Source: Selaginella moellendorffii
Taxonomy: Eukaryota; Plantae; Lycopodiophyta
Length of the DNA: 64,000 nt
Direction of reading: 5' to 3'
NCBI RefSeq assembly: GCF_000143415.4
Contig: NW_003314302.1
Coordinates: 142,065-206,064, forward strand
Positions 25,456 through 39,674 of this stretch are shown here, piece by piece. The translations under genes and the position numbers were made by a program. The notes beneath the pieces were generated by a model. It was not told where the DNA came from. It saw only the letters and a program-made list of their open reading frames with translations, and did not search any database. The stretch's first letter is position 1. Each line of letters opens with the position of its first letter.

Positions 25456-26670
25456 ATTTTAAAGCTAGCCATCCTATAAATTGAAGGGAATGGATATGCA
25501 ACCAAAGTGCAAGAAATTGATATTGCTAAAAGGTATGTAAAAAATCAAATTGAGAAACACAATTTAAAGGAAGTTATTACACAATAAAAAATAAAAAAAC
25601 TTAATGAAAACTGGTCCGGTCATGAAACAAGCTTGTAATTTTTTATTATTTTATTATTTTCCAATAAGGTTGCAATACGTTTTTCCTCAGTGTTAAAATT
25701 ATGAAAAACTTGTGGAGACCAAAAATCTAATATGCAATTAAAAATAAAACTTTTGGTTGGCATGTTTAAATTATCCTAGAATTAATACTGTCATGATTTT
25801 ACTTGGACAATTGTGGAGATGGGGATGGCAATGATGGTGGAGCTAAATAGGATTGTTCGTCCCATCTGTTAGTATCATCACTATGCCTAAGTGCTATGGT
25901 TGTTTTGCAGAGCTTGGAGAAAGGCTACCTTGTTCTTCATGGCACAGTTGGCTATACCCTCAGCAACTTGTATCTCCAAATCACATGGCAAAGCTTTAGT
26001 GCAATTTAGATCCTAGACATTGTGCTTCAAGGTAAGGATTGTTTGCCTATAGTTTTTTTTTTGTCCCAAGAATGTAAAGGATTCTCACAATTGTTGAGAA
26101 GTTATATTTATGATGAACTTATGGTTTTATTTCTTTGGTTTGTGTAAAGATTTTTATTAGCTGTTTAGAAATATGGTCAAGTCTTGGATGGAGGTACTAG
26201 CATTGGCAGAGTAAATGGTCTTGATGCTTGTCTTTGACATTGAAGTTATTATTTTTCCTATCTTAGAAGCTTGAAGGTGTTTTTTGACAAATCTTATTTA
26301 AATCATAGGTAACTAATGTTTTATTTCTTGTTACTTTCATTGCTTCATATTATTCATTGTTTCACATATGTTAACTTTTCTGGTAAGGGAATGCAATCAA
26401 TTACCCACAACAATGGAATTTGCAAGGAGCTCATCAATCTTTATTATTTCTACTATAAAGAGTTCATGGTAAGTTGGATTGGAATGGAAACTTTCCTTTG
26501 ATTTCTTTGTTTTCTTAAGCTGAGTTTAATTTTTCATCCATTCAAGGTATGATACTCTTAATGCTCTCAGCAGCTTTAAGTTGTGACACTAGAGTTAGCT
26601 CTATTTTTCTTCCAAAAAAAGCATGCAAGACAAACAAAAGCTAAGTAAGATTTTTTAGATTTCTCAAAAC
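25456..26670 (+). repeat. About 1.25-kb dispersed repeat, copy 2
   Basis: Colinear with 10277-11556. Confidence 0.85.
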
Positions 26671-27749
26671 AACTAACATTGCACTTTTGCTTTGACAGAA
26701 AAATTCAATTTCTATGTGTGATTGATTGATTGATTGATTGATTTTTTATAATCTGTGAGGTTTGAGGAAAGAATATCACAATGATGCTTCCATGATGATC
26801 TAAAGGTGAAACATTCCAATTAAGTTTTCTTTTGTTGTTGATTAAGAGCTAATTTTTTCCTAAAAATAGGACGAGGAGAGAGCACCTATAAAGCACATGT
26901 CAGAATTACTTTAATAGATGACTGTCAAGGGTGGTTTGCATTGGCCACTGCAACTCAATCGTAAAGTGAGTAAGATAATATAAATTTTTTTTGCATATTT
27001 TCTAGGAGGATTTAATTGCTTTCCTTGGTGGTGTCTTTATGGGAATGATACACTTAAACAAGGAGCCTTTTAAAGGTTAGATAAAAAAAACTACTACTGC
27101 AGTAAACTTCTAGAAAAAGGTGATGAAAAATTGTGCTATTTGGCATCACTCAAAGTTTATCTAAGTATGCTATCACTTTTAATCTTGTGTTTGTCACATT
27201 AATATTTGGTATGTTTGACTATGGCACTCTAGCATAGATCACTATATATGATTTTCTAAGGGCAGTTCCAACTGTGATTTATCAGTTTTAATGGTCATAA
27301 ATTAGAATATCAGTTATTTACTTAATTTTTTACTATAAATACCATTTATGATGATATTTTAAGTTATTAAAAAACAATTTCATCATAACTATTATAATTG
27401 ACTTAAAATTTATTCAAAAATAACTTCTAGACTACATATTTTTTGTTTTATAACTGTTTAAAATATATTGCAACTACAAATGTCAACTTTAAAAAAAATC
27501 TAATTTTACTTTAAATCTAGTCACAAATGATGGCTACTAATAACAATAACAACTGAACATTTTAAGTTAAAATTTTAAAACTAAATGACAAAAATTTAAA
27601 TTATATAATGCAATAAGTCAGACTTGTGTAGTAGTGGACATCAATCATACCACCATGTGAAGCAACATAACTAGGATTATGTTGCTGGAGAAATGAATAT
27701 TATTGTTGTAGAGAAAGTTTAAAAATGAAACAAATAACATTTCAGGGGG

Positions 27750-30700
27750 CTATAGAGGGTTTCAAAAGTATAATAGGGATAGTGAAGTTTAAGATCAAGT
27801 TTTGAAAGAATTCTATAATGGTGCTTCCAAAATGAATTGAGGTTAGGACTAAAGGTTAGTAGCCTTAGGTGAGAGTGAGTATGGATTTGAGTGGTGTTAC
27901 AAAAGCCACCCAAGGAAATACTCAAAAATAACTTCCACTCTCAAAAGGGAAACTGACAATGGTACTCCTCACTCATATGAAGTAGTGTCCCACTTAAGTA
28001 CCACAAGGCTTATTAGTCCCCAGTCCCGTGTAGGGATTAGGGCTTTCCCATTAGGACGAAAGTGGGGGAGTAATCTCCTGAGGGGTTGGGGGAGGGCTGT
28101 TGTAGAGGGTTCCAAAAGTATAATAGAGATAGTGAGGTTTAGAACTTAGTTTTGAAAGAACTTTTTAATGGTGCTTCCAAATCGAGTTAAAATTGGGATT
28201 AGGGGTTAATGGCCTTGGGTGGGTAGAGGAGTTACCCAAGGAAATGCTCAAAAACAACTTTTACTCTTAAAAGGAAAATTGACAATAATGCTCTTGGCTT
28301 ATATAGAGTAGTGCCCTATTTAAGTATTATGTGGCTTATTAATCCTCGTTCCTTCCTAAAAGCTTGGGGATGGAAATGAGGGAGTAGGGGTATTCATACT
28401 AGGCTGTTAAGCCATAGTATTTCCCTCTAGGGTCCCGAAGTAAAAAATGCACCCAAGACTTAGGATTTAGAGGGTTTTATAATCAAATCTTGTTGTACCA
28501 AGGGATATTAAGAATCTAAAGCCTTGGTGTGCTTGGCTATTTATGCTTGTGGGGAGTGTAACTGAATCTTAAATCCAATCTAACCCAAAGAGGGGGATTG
28601 GAAAAGAATTCAGGAATCTATAGATAGATGGCTAACACCTTGTTACTTGTACAGTGAGTAGTTAAATCCAAGTAGGAGTTAGTATAATAAGTGGAAACTT
28701 TGGTAATGAAACTGAACTAAGGCCAAGGCAGTGGTGGTCGGATAAATGAGGTAAACTAGTAAATTAGAAAGAAAAAATTTGTGATTTACAATTTGGTATT
28801 AGAACCTTTTCCTTAATTCTAGTGATAGATTGTTAGGAAATGGCTAAGGCATGGCATAAGTGGACCAAGGTAGAGATAAAACCTCCTTTGGAGATGAAAC
28901 CTCCAATTGAACAAGAAACTATAGATGAAGAAGACTTTAATGAGGAAATTTTCAAATAAGAGTTTGGTGGTGAGATTTAGTTATTCAAGGCTTGATTGGA
29001 TGCTTTGGAAGGACAATTGGCATAAACCAATGCTTTGTTAGAGACCCTCATACATGAGCTAAAATGTAATGAGAAGTGGAAGAAAAGGCAAAAGATTGTA
29101 AATGCTAGCAGTGTAGAAGGCATGGACCTTTTGATGGGGATTGAGGCAGAGCTAAACAAGATCAAATAAACTGAAGTAGAATCAATTCCTCAAGCAGTTC
29201 CCAAGTATAAACCAAAGCCCCCACCCTAGAGTAGTTGGAGTAGAGGGGATGGGGACAACAGTAGAGGCCATAATGGGGAAGGTAACAAAATATGTTGGCA
29301 AGCATTCTTTAGTGATGAGATAAGTTTTCTCAATTGATAGTTACAAAATTTGCTTACTTTCTTTGTTTAAGAGTGGAGGAAATCCAGATTGAGTTAAAAA
29401 TCTAGTTAGATGGGGCCATACCCAAGAGTAAACATAACTTGTAATGAGACTCTTATATTTTTTTTTTTTGAGAAGTTGCAGCCAAGGGAATTCAATTGGA
29501 TGGGGCTATACCTAAGAGGAAACACAACTTGCAATAAGACTTTTACATTTTTTTCTTTTTTAGTAGAAGCTATGGTTGAGGAAATTCAGTCAAATGGGGC
29601 TATGTCCAAGAGTAAGCACATCTCACAATAAAATTCTTATGTTTTTCTTTTTAAGAGAAGCTATAGCAAGGAAATTAGCTAGAAGGGGCCAATAGTAAGC
29701 ATGGCTTAGCAATATGACTGTTACATTTTTCTTCATTTCATTTTTTTTTTTTTTGTTTAGAAGTTGTGCATGAGGAAATTCAGCTGGATATCACTGTGCT
29801 TGACAAAACCCCTCTATTGAAGAGTAAGCTTCATATAATTGCTAGGCAATAAGATTCTTACATTTTTTGTTTAGGAAAGGAAATCAATAGCAAATTCCCA
29901 CATATGGCAGATAGGTAGTTTTAAAACTAGCTTACTCTTTTTCCTTGTCTAGGATTTTGGAATGTCAATTGTGCAAGATCCTAGCTTCTTGGCCAGCAAG
30001 GCAAAAGTATTCCATTTCCAATTATTGAGCATCGGTGAGCTTTTGCTTTTCTATGAAGTTCTATCATCTAAGACATACTCCTCTGGGGGACCTAACAGAA
30101 GGGCTTTATATGGCTTGTGCAACTCTTTAGAGTAATAATCCCTCCACACCAAGAAGTACCATTTGCCAACCACCCATCCGAAATGTGCAGATGGCTAATG
30201 TTTCTTCTCTACACATGCTTGTAGTTAGAAATGGCAAGGGTAAGCTTTTCTTGTTGGTATGAGCATCTACGTGTTGACTCTCTATCACTACGTGTTTAGG
30301 ACTCAATTCCAGTATAAGGTATAGAATGTTTATTAGAATCATAAATGTTTCATATGTATTTTATTTGTAGGTTGTTTTGTGGAAGCTGTGTCTCTATACA
30401 CCTAGGACTTTTGTAGTCCTCTACCTGGCCTTGTTCATTGTGCCTAGCATTGTGAGTTTTTGCTACTCAATGTACATTGCTTTGGGAAGTAAATAATTTC
30501 AACTTTTAAACATTATTAAGCATTTGATTTTGTTATTTTTCTTGAAGTCGTGTGGAGTGGAGTGGATGGTGTTGTATGGGGGCAGTATTATAGTAATTGT
30601 AGCAATCAAAAGCTTGAGAGTTGTTTAGCTATTGAACACCACAAGCTTTGGAGCTAGCTATATTGTAATAGCTCTCTTGGGGGCCCAATACATAGCTCCA

Positions 30701-31983
30701 ATTGCACCTTACAAAAAGTATAACTAGGTGTGTTTTTTACAATTTTCTTTCAACTTTTTTTATTTATAAAAAAGAGTTTTTTTTTCCAGCTTGTAAGGAT
30801 AAATTAAAACCTCTCCCAGTTTTTGGAGACTTGACCATGAGAGAGGGGGTTGCTTATTTTCTACTCTTTCAGGTGTTTTTTATAATTCCTATTGTTTTAG
30901 CTATTTGGTTGTAGTTATGTCTCATATTCATATCATGCTTTCATATTCATCTCATTAACTTCAAATTTTTCTCACTAAAGTTTGATTTTATAGGTGAAGT
31001 GCTTTCTTATTTTATTTATTTATTTATTTATTATTCAAGTTCTACTGAAGGCAGCTGGTAGCCTAAAATCCCTCCCTTCATTTCTTTGCAAGAAAAAGGC
31101 ATATTTCTTAGTTTGTGTGTTACCGGCTTAGAAGCATAAAAAATCAAAGGCTATAACTAGGTATTACTATAAGGATACTCAAGACTAGATGTGGCGGCTA
31201 AGTTGGTGATGGATTTTCACTCCATAAACAACCAAGTAAGACCCATGCTTTTCCTTTCTATTAGAATAAATTTTTGCAAATGTGTTAGACTAAGCCCCAT
31301 ATTTGGGGAACTACTAGGGAAGAAACAAAGGTGCTATTAATTTTCAACATATACAATGTTAAATTTTGCTAAAGTGTTTTTGAAAATTTATGGCTTTGTT
31401 CTGGCCTCTAGCTCTCGAGAGTTGCAACTCTCATGAAAAATAGCCAAAACAAAAGAGATAGAAAAAAGGATAGGACTAAAGAAAATATATTTAAGGTTGG
31501 CCTTTTCATCCCAAAAAAATATTATTAATTTTGAACCAATTGCCCCATAATTCACAACTCACTTAAATCCATTTTCTATAGGAATTATCTTAGACTTGTT
31601 CTCAAAACAACAATGTTTTACCAGTTCTCAAGAAGGTGACAAATGAGTTTCTTATTTTGCTTCTAGTTCCTCCTAAATATCATTTGTAAGCTCAGAAAAA
31701 GGCTAAGCTAGAGGCCAAATCATGATCAATTGGTTACAAGTTGAAGGAATAATCACAAATGAATTGGTGGAAGCTAGATTGATTCAATAAATGTCATTTA
31801 CAAGCCAAGAAGGTAACAATTATATCAAGTTTTAAATACTTGGTTGGATTCCCCAGAAGAAATAGGAAATGATAAGAAAAATACATTGAGTTTGTAACTA
31901 TGTGCTTACAAATGTTAGTGTGCTACTCACATCAAACAAACACTAAAGTCAATATGCTTTTGAATGTTAGCATGGCTAGAGAC
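27750..31983 (+). mobile_element. Old degenerate Gypsy-like LTR retroelement, 5' part
   Basis: LTR-like region with two diverged units of about 345 bp (starting near 27755 and 28103); PBS-like tggtattagaacc at about 28794; RT-like remnant near 31190-31230. Confidence 0.5.
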
Positions 31984-32986
31984 TGTAAGCGACTAAATTT
32001 TCCATTTTACTTTAGTCACTTAACCACACGTCTGACCACTTGGAGGAGTCTCATTGACAACTTCCATAAGTCCAACTCAGGACTTGGGGCTTGCTAACCC
32101 CGAGAATGGCATCCATGCCACTCAACCTTAGCACTTGGTCCAAGTGCTCCACGTGTCCGATCCCATGATCGACACCCCAAGGTATCACCAATGTACCGGC
32201 CTGTTACGCTAAGGCCATGCTTATTTACCTTGGTCACACTGGTGGTCCACCACCACTTGCATCACCGTCTTGGCCCTCCAAGACTAGGCAAACCATCCGT
32301 GAGTGGTCATCTCAGATCCACTCCTTAGCATCCTTAGGATGCCCACCGACAAGGGGAATAGCCTTCCCCAATATCCCTCTGTCAGTCTCCACTAAGTCCC
32401 TTTCTGCCCCTGGCCGTGTTTGCCAACACTGCCACTGGATCGAGACCCACAGGCCCGACCACTAAGTCCCACGGTCCTCTGGGACTTCCTCACCACACGA
32501 CTGTGTCCTTGGTCACTACCCCAGAGGACTGCTCCTCTTCCTTTCCACAGTCTGGGCCTTTGGGACAACATTTCAGAACACCGTGGCCTTATGCGAGCCA
32601 CCTGGGTACTCTCCTCGCCTTCTGCCCTTGGGTGCTCTAGCCATGGGCTTAGAGCGGGTTCCGTTGAGCCACACCAGGTATCCAAGTAGGTAGTGCCACC
32701 CACACTTGGACTGGGAGCATCGGCCAGTCGATCTCCCGGGGGAACTAGAGCCGGCTCTTGAACACTTCACCAAGCTACCCCACTTGTCGGTCTGTGTTCA
32801 CTCTAGTCTTGGACTTCCCAGTGGGCAGCTCATCACCCAACACTGGGTCTGGCCTTCCTGGGCCAAACTGGCCTTTCCTGGCCAAACTGGCTCCACTGCA
32901 GTCCTCCCCCTACTATACTTTTGGAGCTCACCAAACCCCCCAGGGTCTGGGAGACGAACGCTTTGGGCTTTCACCCTCTCAGGCTC

Positions 32987-33681
32987 CGGACTCGGACTCG
33001 GACTCGGACTCGGACTCGGACTCGGACTCGGACTCGGACTCGGACTCGGGCTCGGACTCGGGCTCGGGCTCGGTCTCGGCCTCGGCCTTGGTCTCGGTCT
33101 CGGTCCCGATCTCGATCTCGGTCTCGGTCTCGGTCCCGGTCTCGGTCCCGGTCTCGGTCTCGACTTCGGACTCCATCTCGGACTCCATCTCGGACTCCAT
33201 CTCGGACTCCACCTCGGGTCCATCTCGGACTCCATCTCGGACTCCATCTCGGGTCCATCTTGGGTCCATCTCGGACTCCATCTCGGACTCCATCTCGGAC
33301 TCCACCTCGGGTCCATCTCGGACTCCATCTCGGGTCCCATCTCGGACTCCACCTCAGGTCCATCTCGGGTCCATCTCGGACTCCATCTCGGACTCCATCT
33401 CGGGTCCATCTCGGACTCCATCTCGGACTCCATTTCGGTCCATCTTGGGTCCACCTCGGACTCCATCTCGGACTCCATCTCGGGTCCATCTCGGACTCCA
33501 CTTCGGACTCCAACTCGGGTCCATCTCGGGTCCACCTCAGACTCCACTTCGGACTCCAACTCGGGTCCATCTCGGACTCCACTTCGGACTCCAACTCGGG
33601 TCCATCTCGGACTCCACTTCGGACTCCAACTCGAGTCCATCTCGGACTCCACTTCGGACTCCAACTCGAGTCCATCTCGGA
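32987..33681 (+). repeat. Micro/minisatellite array inside the 3' LTR
   Basis: (GGACTC)10, then GGGCTC/GGTCTC variants, then 12-mer CGGACTCCATCT units and higher-order units. Confidence 0.95.
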
Positions 33682-36600
33682 CACTCCCACGTGTCATGTG
33701 TTGGTCCTTTTGGGTCCCTTTTTGGAGCCTCGCCTTTTGCTCGCTTCGTGCTCGTTCCTTGAGCACTTCGTTGGGAGTTCCACTCCCGCTCTTGACTTTT
33801 CAAGTCGGAGCTTTTGGTCCAAACGTGTTACGCTCGTTTGGCTCTCGCTTCGGCCACTACCATGTGGCGCCCTTCCGGCTCCACTTTGGGGCCTAGGGAT
33901 TTTGTGTCTCACAACTCCACCACCCATAGACGAAGTTCGATGTCCTCATCGAACGGTAAACCATTTCATAAAGTAACACCCACACGTGTTACCATTTCCA
34001 TCCTTGGCACCTAGCCAATCTTTGTCTATGGTTTGACACCAAAGGCTCACCATGCCTTGTCCATCCTTTAAGGAGCGTAGTCTCTCCAACTTAGAGACTG
34101 ATTGGACCACATGTAATGGTTCTCTCCTTTTATTGGTTTAGTTCTTGCTAAACCTCTTAGAGACCCTTCTCTAAGTCAATCCCACTACTCCTTCTCGAGT
34201 AGTCTCAATTTCCATCTATTGAATGTTTGCACCTTGGAACTTTTACTCTTTTGACTTTTTGGGCGTCAATTTCCTAGGTGTCTCCAACACCTTGCATTGC
34301 ACAGATTGTGCAACTCCACTTCCCTATCCTAGGAAGTTCATTACTTGAGGGCACCATAATCCTCTCTTCTATTTCGTGCCACCTTGGGCACTAAGTTCCA
34401 TTTATCATACTTTGTGCTAGGGCTATCCATGGCCCTATCATTTGGCTACCTTACCGCTCCCTCACTTGGAGCCTTTACTTCGCCAAATTGGAGCACTTAG
34501 GAATCCATCCTTGAAAGTCCGCTTCCTTTCCCACAAGCTGTTAGCATCGAACACATTAGTGTTCCTTGGCTAACTTTGCCATTTGGATCCCTTCCATTAA
34601 ATTCCATGGCCCAAACTTTGGCCACTAGTCCTTTGCTCCTATCCTTGATTGTTGCACCCAGCAACATCGGATCGCTACCTCCATTTTTGAGGTATCCTTT
34701 CGGTTCCATAGCAAAGACTCTTCTTTGCCAAGTCCGGAGGATGTTCACCCCTAGTATGTCTCTTTAGCATATTCTGCTATGGGCTCGATCCATGGCCCAA
34801 CTTTGTGACCCTCCCATGGGTCTTTTATAGAGACTACTTTCCTCGGACTCACTATGCCATCGGATGGACATAGTTTATTTCCCTTAGGTGCTCTTCCCAC
34901 TTGGTTATCACGACCAAGCCACACCACCTTAAACAGTTCAATTTCAACATTTTGAACCAGGAACTTCATTCCTTAGCCAACCAAGGACCTTGTCCTTTTC
35001 TGGCCATAAGATCACCTAGTGATCTCACCTTGGCACCCTAACAGAGTTGCCAAGATGTACTTGGCTTTCTAGACCTCCAAGTTGTTGACTATAACCCCGG
35101 GGGCATCCCCCACACTTGGCGGTGCACCCAAGCTAGCCCTTATGGCCAAGGGTTCATAGCAACTGAGATTAGGTGTCCCCATCTCACTCACCACGACCTT
35201 GGTGCCACTTGCACCAAAGTGTTCAAGTTAGATATGCTGAGCTTTCACACTAAGCAATCTAACCATGCATCACGACTCCGAGGCATCCCTCGCTTGGCGG
35301 TGTGCCCAAACCAGTCTCCCCACTGAGAGTCCATGACCACCGAAATATGAGTGTCCTCATATTCCAAACCATCACCACGCCCTAGTGATTTGGGACTCGA
35401 ACCCAAGCACTAGAGGGTCGGGACTTGAACCCAACCTCCGTATATGCATCTACGGACGGCATCACACTAGATGCCTGGCGTGACTCCCCACGCCGGTGCA
35501 CCAACCTATTTTTAAAGCGCGCTACAGATCACAGCTTAGGAACCTAGTTCCTCCACACTGCCAAGTCCTCTCACTTGACATGTCTGTGATCATGCATGGA
35601 CTCCTCCATGCTCGGCCCCATGGCCCACCCTTTTTGAAGTTATCACCTTCAACTAGGGTATTTGTTCCCCTGACGTGCCAATCTCGCTTGGCAAGTCCTC
35701 CGACCACTGTAACATGGTTCCTGCATAAGCGTGAAAGTCCTTGACCATTGACTTTCGTTCAAAGCCCTCTCTTTGAACACTCGGGAACTACTTCCCTAAC
35801 CTTGATAGCCTTGCCTCATGGCAAGCTTCAAGACCACGCTTCTGCTGCGCCACTCTGATTTCGCGCGTTCCATGAACCATTTACACTTGGCCTTTCTAGG
35901 TACTAAGCAACCTAGAATCGTCTTTGGGAACCTTGAAGGAACTCTGTCCCTCAGCTTGTTAAGGCCTCCGATTTTGCAAGCCTTCCAAATGCCACATAGT
36001 CTAACATGGACAATTCCATATTTTAGACTCTCCATGGCATCACGGTTGCTAGCGGCAACACCCTTGAGCCCCCACTTGATTCTCCACTCCCAGCTGGCAT
36101 AACCAACCTTGGTTATGCCCTTTGATTCTTATGGTTCGGTTCTATCCCCTTACTTCTTGCTTTTTGGCTTCACACCTTTCCTTTGGTCATTCTCCTCCAG
36201 ACCAGGAGGATAGCTTTGCACTTTCTATCACGCTTTAGCAAGTATTCTTAGGGATGAACCTACCCAATAGCCTAGGGAGTGGTTCCTCAATCCGGGTATG
36301 CTCACCTTATAATCCCACACACTAGGATTACATTGTTGCTTATGGGCCTTTACATGCCTATCACTAGCCTTGCCAAAATTCCATTTTTGGCTTTGTCCAA
36401 CTTGGGTAGACAGTCCTCTCCTGTCTCCGCAACCTTGGACATTTGGATAGCACCTTCTATCCATCATTCGCTAGGGACTTAGTCCCTTGGGCTTTATCCA
36501 TTGCCCTCGCGACATCAAACACCACCTTCTGGTGTTCTAGAGTGTTCGGGTGTCCCAATGATGGCTTTCTTAACAATGAGTATTTCCTTTTATGACATTG

Positions 36601-38979
36601 ACTTACTATATTGCAACATAAGCAACTTATCCCCCGTAAGGGTATATCCGACTTCCCTATACTAAAAGTCTTGGGTAGCTACCTTCTACCCGTTTAACCA
36701 GTTATTTTGCACCTCTTGCTTAGTTGCCTCATAGTTGTCAAGTCCTACAACTCATTGCTTGGTGCTTTCACACCTCCATCACTATCTGGGTCACCACACT
36801 CCAACTGCATGCTCTGCAGCTTAGGCTATGCCATTCCCATTTCCATTGGGATTCCTTTGGCAAGGGGTTCTCATGAACCCACCAACATAGCCTCAAGGTA
36901 TCACACCTTGACACATTTGGTGTCTCCACACCATCGGCTCCACGAGCCTACCTCTATGACACTTTCCCTTCGTATCTAAGTCTTTGCCAAGACCAACACC
37001 GCCCTTTCTCATGCCAACCATCTGTTAGCATTGCACCATAGAGGTCACACACAACTTTGTGTCAAAGTTGTTTTCTGCTGGGAACACCTTTCCCATAACT
37101 TTAGCATGGCATATTTTGCCATCGATGAGATACCCTCTGTTCTCATCCTTGGATCCTATGATCCCCCCCCATCCTTTGTGGGGTACAACACACCTCAGTC
37201 CAAATGCTTCCATCGGTCCTTTTAGGACCATCCGTTGACTCTGCTTGAGTCATCCAGCAGTTTTGGACTTGGTTAATCCACAGACCCGTAAGGTCCTACT
37301 TGTGAGGCACTAGCTCACTGGAATACACTTCTTGCATTCCTGTCCTACTCAAAAGGACTATTTTCACAAGTGTTACTCCGACACTTGATTTTGTTCTCTG
37401 GGGGCAACCTTTGCCCCTTAGGACTACTTGTCCATGTGATGAGAACACCAACTCATCCACTTAATACACCCCCAACTCCTTGGGTTGTTCCAGCATTTAT
37501 TAGAGGTAGCCCCGGCTACCTTTTCGAGGACTTGAGTCCTCTTCCGTATTTGACCTCCCACGGTCATTACTTCTGGTCTCGCTTTCATGAGCACCAACCT
37601 CAACTATGTGAGGAAAATCTTGTGACTCCTTTATTGCTTTGGAGTCTTTATCTTTCCTGTGATCCCAACTGTAGTTGTTTACCACAACTACATTAGCCAG
37701 TTTGTTAAGTCAAACGCTCATCTGGATCACATCCTCAACTCTTTGAGGAAAACCATATACTGTTCCCAAGATCCCAAAGTCGTTCCATTATTGGCCCTTT
37801 TCTATCCACCACCTCGTCTACAAGTTCACACATGAACTGTAATGGAGAGCCATGTCTTCCCGACTTGCTACTCCTCAAGGATAGGCCCACTCCTCGGACC
37901 TTCCGATGCCAACACTAGTGGTGATATACTTGAGCACCAATAAAAGTCGGACTAAGGAACAGCTCCGATACCAAGTTGTAAGCGACTAAATTTTCCATTT
38001 TACTTTAGTCACTTAACCACACGTCTGACCACTTGGAGGAGTCTCATTGACAACTTCCATAAGTCCAACTCAGGACTTGGGGCTTGCTAACCCCGAGAAT
38101 GGCATCCATGCCACTCAACCTTAGCACTTGGTCCAAGTGCTCCACGTGTCCGATCCCATGATCGACACCCCAAGGTATCACCAATGTACCGGCCTGTTAC
38201 GCTAAGGCCATGCTTATTTACCTTGGTCACACTGGTGGTCCACCACCACTTGCATCACCGTCTTGGCCCTCCAAGACTAGGCAAACCATCCGTGAGTGGT
38301 CATCTCAGATCCACTCCTTAGCATCCTTAGGATGCCCACCGACAAGGGGAATAGCCTTCCCCAATATCCCTCTGTCAGTCTCCACTAAGTCCCTTTCTGC
38401 CCCTGGCCGTGTTTGCCAACACTGCCACTGGATCGAGACCCACAGGCCCGACCACTAAGTCCCACGGTCCTCTGGGACTTCCTCACCACACGACTGTGTC
38501 CTTGGTCACTACCCCAGAGGACTGCTCCTCTTCCTTTCCACAATCTGGGCCTTTGGGACAACATTTCAGAACACCGTGGCCTTATGCGAGCCACCTGGGT
38601 ACTCTCCTCGCCTTCTGCCCTTGGGTGCTCTAGCCATGGGCTTAGAGCGGGTTCCGTTGAGCCACACCAGGTATCCAAGTAGGTAGTGCCACCCACACTT
38701 GGACTGGGAGCATCGGCCAGTCGATCTCCCGGGGGAACTAGAGCCGGCTCTTGAACACTTCACCAAGCTACCCCGCTTGTCGGTCTGTGTTCACTCTAGT
38801 CTTGGACTTCCCAGTGGGCAGCTCATCACCCAACACTGGGTCTGGCCTTCCTGGGCCAAACTGGCCTTTCCTGGCCAAACTGGCTCCACTGCAGTCCTCC
38901 CCCTACTATACTTTTGGAGCTCACCAAACCCCCCAGGGTCTGGGAGACGAACGCTTTGGGCTTTCACCCTCTCAGGCTC

Positions 38980-39674
38980 CGGACTCGGACTCGGACTCGG
39001 ACTCGGACTCGGACTCGGACTCGGACTCGGACTCGGACTCGGGCTCGGACTCGGGCTCGGGCTCGGTCTCGGCCTCGGCCTTGGTCTCGGTCTCGGTCCC
39101 GATCTCGATCTCGGTCTCGGTCTCGGTCCCGGTCTCGGTCCCGGTCTCGGTCTCGACTTCGGACTCCATCTCGGACTCCATCTCGGACTCCATCTCGGAC
39201 TCCACCTCGGGTCCATCTCGGACTCCATCTCGGACTCCATCTCGGGTCCATCTTGGGTCCATCTCGGACTCCATCTCGGACTCCATCTCGGACTCCACCT
39301 CGGGTCCATCTCGGACTCCATCTCGGGTCCCATCTCGGACTCCACCTCAGGTCCATCTCGGGTCCATCTCGGACTCCATCTCGGACTCCATCTCGGGTCC
39401 ATCTCGGACTCCATCTCGGACTCCATTTCGGTCCATCTTGGGTCCACCTCGGACTCCATCTCGGACTCCATCTCGGGTCCATCTCGGACTCCACTTCGGA
39501 CTCCAACTCGGGTCCATCTCGGGTCCACCTCAGACTCCACTTCGGACTCCAACTCGGGTCCATCTCGGACTCCACTTCGGACTCCAACTCGGGTCCATCT
39601 CGGACTCCACTTCGGACTCCAACTCGAGTCCATCTCGGACTCCACTTCGGACTCCAACTCGAGTCCATCTCGGA
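38980..39674 (+). repeat. Same satellite array inside the 5' LTR
   Basis: Appears identical to 32987-33681. Confidence 0.95.

Noticed and set aside
26700-27140. Exon-like segments following the 1.25-kb repeat, with a short (ATTG)n run
   Set aside because: No recognisable protein motif; cannot be assigned.
32987-33681. CRISPR-like array
   Set aside because: No unique spacers; eukaryotic context; simple tandem repeat.
32706-33976. Long ORFs in all frames (GL, SD, RT, SP, RD repeats), repeated at 38699-39963
   Set aside because: Artefact of a stop-free hexamer/12-mer satellite within the LTRs.
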